Of a stretch of DNA of 64,000 nucleotides, positions 1 to 15,095 are shown in pieces. The notes beneath the pieces were generated by a model. The model was not told where the DNA came from, made no database searches, and saw only the letters and a program-made list of their open reading frames with translations. Within the stretch, counting starts at the first letter, position 1. Every line of letters begins with the position of its first letter. The DNA lies in contig NEEC01000015.1 of assembly GCA_002189035.1 (NCBI GenBank), positions 868,001 through 932,000 on the forward strand, in the 5' to 3' direction. The stretch is from Utricularia gibba. Lineage: Eukaryota > Plantae > Magnoliophyta. The position numbers and the translations under genes are program-made.

Positions 1-980
1 TGGAAGAATCTCAAACCATGGTTTGAATAACTATGACAGACTGCACAGTCCCTTCTCTTCCTTAGATGTGATGGCTCCCAATCCCTTAGGGCAGCTTCCT
101 CTAAGCAGCTGGAACTGGAATGACTGGAGCAGGTTGCACTCAGAGGTGACCTCACATTTCCATCATATAGTTTTGTGTAAGACTGACACCAGAGCACTAC
201 ATTTTTGAAGGCTGAGATTTCTCTTTAGCAGTGGCTAAATGGTGGTGTGGAGGGTATGCCTGTGGACTGGAGACCTCCCGGGAGCCCCAGCTCATTCCCT
301 GGGAAGAGAGTGCTTCGTCTCGGCATTCCAGTTGACGCATATCCAAATGTATGCGCCCCTCTACTGGTATTACACCCTCATTCTATATCACGTCTTCCCC
401 TGATTCAGTCTTCATCAACAGTTCAACTTTGTGGGGCGGCTTCTTGGTCCCAGAGGCAACTCTCTGAAGCGGGTGGAGGCTTCAACCGGCTGCCGTGTTT
501 TCATTCGAGGACGAGGCTCCCTAAAGGACACAGAGAAGGTGAACTTCTCCCACCCTCTGCAACTGATCCATTTCTGAGCTGTGGCGATGCTGAACATTGG
601 TTTCTTCAGGAGGAGAACCTCCGGGGTAAACCGGGATACGAGCACCTAAACGAGCCATTGCACATCCTCATCGAACCAGACGCAGCGCAGGTACCCGCCG
701 GCATCGTGGACATCAGACTGAAGCAAGCAAAGGAGATCATCGAGGAGCTGCTCAAGCCCGTGGTACATCATCATCTTCTCTGCATCTGATTGCTTCAGTT
801 TGTGTGTTGTGTGACTTTTGGACGGGCGAACGGCAGGAGGAGTCGCAGGATGTGTACAAGAAGGAGCAGCTGAGGGAACTTGCAATGCTGAGGAACGTGG
901 GAGAAGAGAGTCCCCAGCCAAATGGGAGTCTCTCCCCCTTCACTTCCGGTGGAATAAAACGTCCCAAGACTGGCTGGTAG
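1..980 (+). CDS. KH-domain (STAR/QUAKING-like) RNA-binding protein, 5' part outside the window
   Basis: Spliced translation gives ...[14 protein letters not shown]|[36 protein letters not shown]...|[22 protein letters not shown]...[10 protein letters not shown]|[18 protein letters not shown]...KRPKTGW* (TAG 978-980). This contains the maxi-KH GPRG loop and a QUA2-type tail. Introns are GT-AG. Confidence 0.9.
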
Positions 981-1587
981 ATCTGAATCAGCCTTTTTTT
1001 GAAGTTAAAATCATCCCATTTCATAATCACATATCCCTTTTTCTTTTTTGCAACCTTAAAATCATGCAGTAACTTTGCAGGGGTAGGGTTTATACCTAAT
1101 TAATTGGATTTGTTTGTTATGTAACTAATTTTTGCCGGATTCTAGAACCTTCTCTTTAACCGGGTTCAAGTAAGATTATTTTTACGTATCGAAATATTTA
1201 GAATTCTTGAATGTATATATCCAAATTTTATGAATTTATGTATTTAAAATAACTTAAAACGTGTTTAAAAATAAATTATGTATTTATTTTATATCTGTAT
1301 AAGACGAATAATGAAAATGTCTAAAATTTCGACAAAATTTTATGGAATTTTTATTTTCCAAATTTTCTTAAAATTTGATCATTTTTTTGTTTAAATTAAA
1401 TATGAAATTCGAATTTTTTAAAAAATTCGAAATCGATGGTGTGGGTTGTGGTAAGGGCGGCCCATAGGAAGCCCAATGGGGTGGGAGAATGTTGAAGGAT
1501 TCGACATTTCAGGGTTAAAGCTTCGATTACTTGTGATGATCTTTGGGCGTTTCTGACCTAGTTTGTGGTGCCAAATTCAAGAGAAAA

Positions 1588-2394
1588 ATGGGGAAGCAGC
1601 CGGTGAGAATGAAGGCGGTGATCTACGCGTTGTCGCCGTTCCAGCAACAGGTGATGCCGGGCTTATGGAAGGATCTGCCGGGGAAGATCTCTCACAAGGT
1701 CTCCGAGAATTGGCTCAGCGCGACTCTTTTACTGGGTCCTCTCATCGGCACGTATTCGTAAGTATTTTCTTTTCTTCATGGTGAAATTGATTGTCTACGG
1801 TGTTTGGTTGTTGATATCCATTTTTTTTGTGAGGATTCGTAGAGTTGCCAGGCTTCTCGTTTATTAGGTTTTGTGAAATAGTTTTTTTGGGGAAGGATTG
1901 TGATGAAATGATGCACTGGGAAATAGAGTTCGTGAGCTGCTTCTGTGTCATTTTGCTTGAGAGAGAATATGGATTGACGGATTATGGATTTGGTAGAGCC
2001 ACGATCGCTGAATAATCTTCCTAAATAAGAACCCAAAAGGATCTCCCATCAGTTTTATAATCCCACTCCCCACCTCCGTGATTTCCTTTGTGGTTTTGGT
2101 CATCCCTAGCATACATTCTATTGGATCAAGCCTCCTGAAAACAATGAGCATGTGGTCTTCTGCTCCAGCATCAAGGAACCATATAAATCTGTTACTATGC
2201 ATATGTATTGTTCCACGATTTTGCCAATCCCTCAATTGCCAGTTAACTGCAGTCTTGTTCTGGAGATTGTGGGCGGTTTTTTCTTTCCAAGTTTCCTCTT
2301 TGATTGCATACCACTGAAGACATATAAATCCACGTTTGAATGCAGGTATGTTCAGTGGTACAAAGAAAAGGAAAAGATGGAACACAGATACTGA
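1588..2394 (+). CDS. QCR8: Cytochrome b-c1 complex subunit 8 (QCR8/UQCRQ)
   Basis: Exon 1 (1588-1757) MGKQPVRMKAVIYALSPFQQQVMPGLWKDLPGKISHKVSENW...; GT-AG intron 1758-2345; exon 2 YVQWYKEKEKMEHRY*. Matches the plant QCR8 consensus. Confidence 0.95.
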
Positions 2395-2803
2395 ATCGTG
2401 TGCCATATAATCATTCCATGAAGCTTGTTGGTTCAGGAGTCAATAAGTATCATCATCATCATCATCTATGTTGTGAAACTTGAAGTCACTTGCTTTGTTG
2501 CCTATTTCTTTCTTGGAACCCCAGTTGTCTGGAACACAGCGAGCGCTCAATGCTCTGATTCAAAGAATCCATACCTTTGATGCAGGTTAAGGAAATGGAA
2601 TGTATTGTTACATTCTTTTGTGGTTGAATTTTAACGCCCTCGGAAACTATAGGGTAAAAAAACACATTTGAACTGATAGAATCATAAGATTTGAAAGAGT
2701 CATGACATTCAACTTAAGTACTGGAACAAGAAACGACAGGTGTTCGGAAGCAGCAACAAAAAAATTCCTGAATCGAACGACAGGAGAAAGATAGTCTAGC
2801 AGC

Positions 2804-4004
<1,201 letters not shown>

Positions 4005-4298
4005 GGCGGATATCTGACAAAGAATCCGCGGCCGACGAGTCAAAATGAAATTCGAGGGTTTCTGAAGGCGTAATGTGTATAAATATGGAGCATAAATGGG
4101 CTTATGTATGCGCTTGCGTCACGCCTTCTTGGGCCAAAGCCCATTATAAGTATTAGAAGATTTACTTGGTATACTTGGCGTGGCGCCCAAGATAGCGGTA
4201 ATACTACGTCGTTTTAGTCTCTCCGTTTCTCTGATTAGGGCTGTGTCTCCCGAACATCGCTTGCCTGAATTTGGTGCACTAAGAGAAATCTACGATCA
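4005..4298. promoter_or_regulatory. Shared divergent promoter of RPL10 and RPT3 with Site II (TGGGCY) motifs
   Basis: Only 294 bp separate the two ATGs. TGGGCT at 4097-4102, TGGGCC at 4130-4135 and AGCCCA at 4138-4143. Confidence 0.65.
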
Positions 4299-6550
<2,252 letters not shown>

Positions 6551-7154
6551 TCCTGATGATGCAGAACTACATAATGCACTGATCATTTTGGGAACCTCTT
6601 TCATGGAACCATTCCTTGTATTTCTGGGTTTGTGGAGCTTTTGCAGGGGAAGGCTGCAACAAAGTATTTAGCATCTCCCCCACTCTGAATTGGTTTAGTG
6701 ATGCCAAAGTATGATGATTGATTTATTATTCATTCCCCTTTTTGATAGCCGGCCCTAGCAATTTAATCAGAAAATAATTTTAAAAATCAGTTCAACCAGG
6801 TGGAGGTATTGAAGCAAAGCGTGTTTGCGGTAGGAACGGCTAGAGAGTCTGCGTTGATTGGACGCCATCTTGCGGCAAGTTGTGGGTGTCTTGGACCGCG
6901 GACCAGATTCCTCCCCCCTTCCTCCGATAAATCTCCCCTGCCGTAAGATTCCATTTTCACCTCCTTGTTCTTCATCTCCGTTGGTTGACTCGGTTCCGTC
7001 CCTTGATTGCCGTCTGGGTATTTCATCTCCTGTTTTGGATCTTCGACGTGCTGTGCTTTCTGTGAATTTTCTCCAGTTTTGGTGGGTTTTTGGGGTGTTT
7101 GGTTATGGATCTTTGGTTTCTTGTGTAGGCTAGGGTTCTTCGGTTTGGGATTTG

Positions 7155-8362
<1,208 letters not shown>

Positions 8363-9078
8363 TGATGGGATTCTAAGCTCTGGTTGAAGGGGAAAAAAGA
8401 GACCACCAACTGTGGAGAACTTTGGATAACCCTCTTGTTTTTCGTATCTTAGTTTCTGGTGAACATGAAGCGAAGTGTTCTGTGATCTTCCTTTTCTGCG
8501 ATGGATGTGTGTGGTGGAGTGGGGCTCAGGGACATTCCTGTACCTGGTGGGCCTTTGGTTCTTAAATCTATGAAAATGGTAATTAAAAAATAATAAATTA
8601 TTTATAATCACCAATTAATTCGTTCCGGTTTTTTTTTTTTTTTTTTTTTGTGGCAATTTACGGTGGTTTTATTTTGGGAAGCTCTTGTGTAAATAGTCAC
8701 TGTAAATATCAACGGGTTTTTGCTGGTTCTCGAGCAGTTCGTCATCCCGTTTGGATCACGCGTCCTGCGAAGCAGGGTTACCGATATCTGTCTTGAAATT
8801 TTTGTATGTGGCAATATTTTTCTGTGCATTTTTACTCGTCACTCTCGATTTTCTTGTACCGGATGCTTGTGCCTTGAGGTTATGTGGCTTAGGGTTTATG
8901 TTGTAAGTAGTCATTGTAGCGGAAGAGGTCGGCGTCCGAACAACTATTCTTCGCTTTTCGGTTTCATTTTGGTTATTTATATGACGTGATTTTTGTTGAA
9001 CTATGTGAATGATTTTGTAGTTGGTCTTGCAAACTAGTTTTATTGAATGGATTCTGTGGAACAGATTTGAAAGAAGCT

Positions 9079-11070
9079 ATGGCAGATGAAGAAGATACTG
9101 TTGATGTAAGCCACTGCGAAGTTGCTTTTGGTTGAAGTTGTAATTTTTCAGTTTCATTGATGGTCAATTGAGTTAATATTTCATTTGGACATTGCATGAT
9201 ACTTGCTTGAAAATGAGTTCATGTCCACTTTTTTATCTCGTATAAATGTGGCTGTTCTGAAATCTAATTCTTGGTGACTGGCAGAATTAGTGCCTCGTAG
9301 TCCTCCATGAATATGCTGCGTTTTGTGTTATTTTCGAAACAAAATCATTTGCAGTAAAAGAGTTAATCGTTACCTTATTCTTCACACAAGTCTCTGTCAA
9401 TTTCATCCTGCGTGCTGCTCTGTTTTAATATATTACAGCGATGTTTTCCATCATGGTGCTTTCTTTCAGATAGTTTCATTTGACCCGACAAAAAAGAAGA
9501 AGAAGAAGAAGCCTGTTGCACAAGATTTAGGTGAAGATGGAACTATGGACTCTGTTGTTGAAAAAACTGAGGCCTTATCTGGTAAAAGCTGAAGGCAGTT
9601 TGGCAAGTTTCTTTTTCCAGATTTCCTTTTTTTAGCTACTTGAAGGTGAACCCTTGACATTGATGCAGTTTCTGATGGCATAGAAACTTCATTTGCTGGA
9701 CTCAAAAAGAAGAAGAAAAAGCCTGTAAAGTGATTTTTTTTTTCTGCTCTGTTCAATCATAATCCTGGAAATGATCTTCTGTGAACTGTTGTTATCCATT
9801 GTTTCAGGGGCATGCAGATTTTTCACTTGATGATGAAGAGGCAATTGTTGAAGAGTTGGAGGGTTAGAAATTCTTGGGACTTTTTGTTTCTTGACCTGAA
9901 TATTCTCACCTTTGGGTGAATGCTGTAATTGTTTTTACTGAATCAGTAGATGCAGCATTGGAGTACGAGGAAGGAGAGGGAATTGTTTTACAACAATATC
10001 CTTGGGAGGGAAGCGACCGTGATTATGAGTATGAAGAGGTTACTTAATGTTATGTTTTGTGGTTCTCTTTCGAATGTATAAAGGATTTTTATGTAGCATA
10101 CTTAAACTATCTGGTGTGCAATCCTAGCTTCTTGGCCGGGTCGTCAACTTCCTTCGAGAAAATAATCCTGAGCTTGCTGGGGATCGGCGTCGGACAGTAA
10201 TGAGGCCACCTCAAGTTCTTCGTGAAGGCACAAAGAAGACAGTTTTTGCTAATTTTATGGATCTGTGCAAAACGTATGTGGTTCCTTAATTTTATCTTAT
10301 TCGTTGGAGCATTCAAGGATCATATTTCAACTTTTAGACCATCAACATCTTCTTCCTGCAGAATGCACAGACAACCTGAACACGTGATGGCTTTCTTGCT
10401 AGCTGAGATGGGAACCAGTGGTTCGTTGGATGGGCAACAGCGGCTGGTCGTCAAGGGAAGGTTTGCTCCAAAAAATTTCGAGGGGATTCTACGACGATAC
10501 ATCAGTATGCTACTCGTTATTTTAATTTTACTGTTCTCTTCACGAAATGCATGTTTCAGGATGGTCGCACATTCTGTTATCTTCTATGATTTTTCTTGCA
10601 TCTTCTGAGCATGTCTTTGTATTTACCTTTTGATGCCTGCAGATGACTATGTAATATGCAACGGGTGCAAGAGCCCTGATACCATACTCTCAAAGGAGAA
10701 TCGCCTCTTCTTTCTCAGATGTGAAAAGGTACTCTTTTTTTTTTTTTTTTTTCTCGTGATCGTTAGGAGGCGTCACAAGAAGCCATGACTATACGCTAGC
10801 ACTGCATTCAACACCATATTGTACAGGATTTCTTGTTGGTCATATGAGTTGCCTTCATGGACAGCCTTCTGATTCAAACTAGTCCTGGCCTTTTTCACCC
10901 TTCTGAGTTGTTCATCTTAAATCATCCTTGTTCTCTCCCTCCTGTCTTTCTTGCACATTAAGGAAGGCTGTAATATGCTATGTATCTCGCAGTGTGGTTC
11001 TGGGAGGTCGGTTGCCCCGATCAAGGCTGGGTTCGTTGCTCGCGTTGGCCGTCGCAAATCCGGCACATGA
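9079..11070 (+). CDS. eIF2beta: Eukaryotic translation initiation factor 2 subunit beta
   Basis: Lysine boxes ([11 protein letters not shown]; LKKKKKKP), [55 protein letters not shown]4 zinc finger [10 protein letters not shown]...CEK|CGSGRS, and end ...VGRRKSGT*. Confidence 0.95.
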
Positions 11071-12477
11071 TCCCAAGGTTTCACCCCCGTTTTCTCTCAG
11101 TACCCCCCGCCCGCACTTTTCTGAGAACCCCCATCCATTCCCTTCATTGGCACGTGCAATCTTCCATATTCCATTTTTGTTTTTATAAGATTTTAATTTT
11201 TTTTTATCTATACAAAAAAGGTATTACTCCATAATTGGTGCCAGGCAGGTCAGTAGAAGTGGGACCACATAAAATCCACTCCCTGGATTGGAATATATAG
11301 TTTTTTTTTATTGAAACCAATCATCAGCTTTTTAAATTAGTAGTGTCATTTCATTTATAGTAAGTAATAGCATGCTATGATGATAGTAGTACACTAATAT
11401 AGCATGTTGTGTTAGGGCTGACAAGGCATGGATGACATTTATGGCTGCGGCGCGGCACATGCATGCCCATGCTCATGCTCCTCTCCTCCTCCTACCTACC
11501 TACCCCGGTCCGGTTGAGAGAGAGTCTGGGTGTCGGTGAGGGATGAGGATGAGCCGCGTCAAATGAAGGGGAAAGAAAGAGAGAAACCACCACTTGAAAG
11601 GAGGAGTCAAATCTCGTAACAAAAGAAACGTTGTCGTCGATGTCAGCCTCCTGCTCGTGCTTCATGTGTCTTACTAGATTAATGCAATAAGCTGCGTGGA
11701 TTTGGATGAAAACAGCGGGCGCGGGCGCGGGCGCCACCCTTCCTTGCTTCCTTTCATTCCTTGTCTATGTGCGCCCCCTGTCTTTGGTTTTGTGAAACCG
11801 AGACCGTCTGCCTCATTGAGTGGGTTGGGTACGGATGGGATAAGCTCCAAAGTGGGGTTTGGAGCTCCATTTGAAGAAAGGTCGGATCGGATCATGGGCT
11901 CCGTGGTCTGACGTCTGACCACAGTTTGGTGGGCTGGGGGTTGGTTGGTTGGTTGGTGTACTGACTTCCCCCTCCCAGTCCCCGCTGCTTGCGCCGGCTT
12001 CGCAGGGCATTCCCGTAAATCCACTTCCCTTTTGCGAAAACAAAATATCCTGCATTTATTGTAATATTAATATAATATTGGATCAGACTTACTGACGTTT
12101 AACCCGTGTTTGTCGCTGTGATCGGGATCCCCACCCCTCCTGCCCTTTAAAGTTATCATATTTTTTATTTTAAAAATTGGAAATTAATAATTATGTAAAA
12201 TACATCTATTTTTCATTTTTTCTAGGACCATAAAGGAATTAAGTCTAAGTGTATCGAAAAAAAAAAGAATAAAGCATTATAGAAGATTAATTTATTTTAT
12301 TTTTATCATTCTTATTTTTGAAAAATTCATTTTGAAAATGTGTTTGGAAAATAAACTTGTTATCAAGAAAGAAACGAGATTATAATGAATTTGCTCCAAT
12401 GTATTGATTTATTTGTGGGTTTTTTTTTGTACGGTAGGCCCTGCCTCAAATTCCGGTCGTGTCCTGTAGCCACGCTT

Positions 12478-12580
12478 CTCACCAACCCGTCCTTTCCCGT
12501 TTCGCCCTCGCCGTTATCTTGACGCCGTTAACTGCCGCCATGTTGTGGCCACCTAACACCGCTTCTCGTATCCTTATAAG
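12478..12580 (+). promoter_or_regulatory. C4H proximal promoter: AC elements and TATA-like box
   Basis: ACCAACC at 12481-12487 followed by CCGTCC, ACCTAAC at 12551-12557, and CTTATAAG at about 12573-12580, all within about 190 bp upstream of the C4H ATG. AC elements are the established R2R3-MYB sites of phenylpropanoid genes. Confidence 0.6.
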
Positions 12581-12661
12581 CATTCCCGCATTTCGTTGGT
12601 ACAACAGCAAGAGTTGCTTCCCCGAATTGCTCTTCGTCTTCTTTCCGTCTCTCGGTCCACC

Positions 12662-14502
12662 ATGGATTTGATTTTCGTGGAGAAGGCCCTTTTGGGTCTC
12701 TTCTTCGCCGCTGTAGTCGCCGCCGTCGTGTCCAAGCTCCGTGGTCGGAAACTCAAGCTGCCGCCGGGCCCAATCCCCGTCCCCATATTCGGAAACTGGC
12801 TTCAAGTCGGGGACGATTTGAACCACCGCAACCTCACCGATCTAGCCAAGAAATTTGGCGAAATTTTCCTTCTCCGAATGGGGCAACGCAATCTCGTCGT
12901 CGCCTCTTCCCCAAAACTCGCCAAGGAAGTGCTTCACACCCAGGGAGTTGAATTCGGATCCCGTACCCGAAACGTGGTGTTCGATATCTTCACCGGAGAA
13001 GGCCAGGACATGGTATTCACCGTCTACGGCGACCATTGGCGGAAAATGCGGCGAATCATGACGGTGCCCTTTTTCACCAATAAAGTTGTTCAGCAGTACC
13101 GGGAAGGTTGGGAGTACGAAGTTAACGCTGTGGTGGAAGATGTGAAGAAGAATCCTGAATCTGCAACGAATGGGATCGTCATCAGGCACCGATTGCAGTT
13201 CATGATGTACAACAACTTGTACAGAATCATGTTCAATAGGAGGTTCGAGAGCATGGATGATCCCCTGTTCAAGCAACTTAGGGCTTTGAATGGGGAGAGA
13301 AGTAGATTGGCCCAGAGCTTTGAGTACAACTATGGCGATTTCATTCCCATCTTGAGACCTTTCTTGAAAGGGTACCTCAAGATCTGCCAGGAGCTCAAGG
13401 ACAAGAGACTGAAGCTTTTCAAGGATTACCTCGTAGACGAGAGAAGGTGTGCTGCTCTACCCTGTCCCCATTCTCTACAATTCACTGTCATGTTTACTTA
13501 CATTCCCTGAATCTCAACTGCAGGAAGGTGTATAAAACACAGGAAACCGATAAAAACAGCCTAAAATGCGCCATTGACCACATTCTTGAAGCAGAGGAGA
13601 AGGGCGAGATAAACGAAGCCAATACTCTGTACATCGTTGAGAACATCAATGTTGCAGGTAAATGATTCTGCCTCCATACACATTCGTAGCTCGTCAAATC
13701 TGGGTTAGTGACTTGGTAGGGGCAGAGCAGTACCCCCATTCCTGAATTATGACAACATGTGCACACATTTAAGAAGTAGTTGGCCTGATTCCTACTTCCA
13801 TAAATGCTTCCAGTATTGGTTACAGTGGTGACAGAGTCGTGTCTTTCAGGATATGGTGTGATTGTGTTTACAATTTGGGCTTACGTTGTTATCTGTAATG
13901 CAGCAATAGAAACAACCCTGTGGTCAGTGGAATGGGCACTTGCTGAACTAGTTAACCATCCCGAGGTCCAGGAGAAGCTCCGCCGTGAAATTGATACAGT
14001 TCTGGGGGTAGGAGTCCCCGTGACGGAGCCGGACACCCACAAGCTTCCTTATCTGCAAGCAGTGATCAAGGAAGCGCTTCGTCTCCGAATGCCGATCCCG
14101 CTTCTAGTCCCACATATGAATCTCAATGAAGCCAAGCTTGGAGGGTATGATGTCCCCGCTGAGAGCAAGGTGTTAGTCAACGCCTGGTGGTTGGCCAACA
14201 ACCCCGCCGAGTGGAAGAACCCGGAGGAGTTCAGGCCGGAGCGGTTCCTGGAGGAGGAGTCTAAAGTGGAGGCTAATGGGAATGACTTCAGGTACGTTCC
14301 GTTCGGAGTCGGCCGGAGAAGCTGCCCCGGAATAGTGCTGGCGCTGCCCATCCTCGGGATCACCTTGGGAAGATTGGTTCAGAACTTCGAGTTGTTGCCG
14401 CCGCCGGGGCAGAAGAAGCTGGATACGAGTGAGAAAGGGGGGCAATTCAGTTTGCATATACTCAAGCATTCCACTGTTGTGATGAAACCTAGATCCTTTT
14501 GA
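12662..14502 (+). CDS. C4H: Cinnamate 4-hydroxylase (CYP73A, class I architecture)
   Basis: Three exons: [14 protein letters not shown]...[25 protein letters not shown]; I-helix IVENINVA|AIETTLWS; EALR; PERF; heme motif [10 protein letters not shown]; stop at 14500-14502. Confidence 0.96.
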
Positions 14503-14764
14503 AAGCCCATTCTCCGATGGGCGGAGAAGTTGGTATCCCGCCGGAGTTTCTTCCGTACTTGTGCTTGTACCGTTCAATGGAGTGCTCTAATTTGGTTGCA
14601 TTGGCGGCCTGCGTGTGTGACATGGCATTGGGAAAATATCAAATTCGTAATTTTAAATGCTTAAAATAAAAGTGATAAGTACTAAAAAAAGAAAGTTTAA
14701 TGTGGGGAAAATCAAAAATTGGGGGAAAAAAGGTATAAATGGCTCTGGGCGGCGAGGTAGAACC

Positions 14765-15027
14765 CTAAATCTCATTAGTTTAAGTCTGAGGCTTCGATTC
14801 GGCACGGGGGGCTTGCTTCGGCTTTCTCCGTCCGTCGGAAATCGAAGCCGATGATCACAATCTAGTTGGCGGTGAGGCGGTGAGGATCGTTTAAAGGCAA
14901 TAAATGAGAGGCAGCGAGTGACGCCGCCGCCGGCGCATCTTGGCGTGGCGACTCGTTTCGCAGCCATGGCGGCGGTGGTCGGTGTTCGCTGCTTGTAACG
15001 TGATGTTAAAAGGCGAATCTGAGCCTC
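14765..15027 (+). ncRNA. Box C/D scaRNA-like guide RNA (probable scaR102/snoR102 relative) with U5 and U12 antisense elements
   Basis: TATAAAT at 14734-14740 and telo-box AACCCTAA at 14761-14768. The layout is U12-antisense CTCATTAGTTTAAG (14771-14784) + CTGA (14786-14789); hairpin 14790-14849; C-like ATGATCA (14851-14857); D'-like ATGA (14904-14907); G.U-rich hairpin 14911-14992; C'-like GTGATGT (15000-15006); U5 loop-1 antisense TAAAAGGCGAA (15007-15017) + CTGA (15019-15022). The 5' and 3' ends are estimated. Confidence 0.8.
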
Positions 15028-15095
15028 CGCTGCAAATATCGGTTTTCAGTCGTGCAATTCACATTTCTCGTCATTGATTCAGTGGCGTATGGATC

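Noticed and set aside
1900-2012. GTGATGA...CTGA in the QCR8 intron as an intronic C/D snoRNA
   Set aside because: No terminal stem and no rRNA or snRNA complement that I could recognize.
14761-14769. Telomerase RNA template (AACCCTAAA)
   Set aside because: No Pol III USE element and no plant TR architecture. A telo-box is routine in snoRNA and housekeeping promoters.
14760-14790. U12 snRNA gene or pseudogene on the minus strand (CTTAAACTAATGAG)
   Set aside because: The match stops after 14 nt. The branch-site pairing UAAGGA, the Sm site and a USE/TATA promoter are all missing on that strand, and the plus-strand D-box context explains the match better.
14653-14967. 104-aa minus-strand ORF and 65-aa plus-strand ORF over the scaRNA
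   Set aside because: No recognizable domain. They are by-products of a GC-rich structured RNA.
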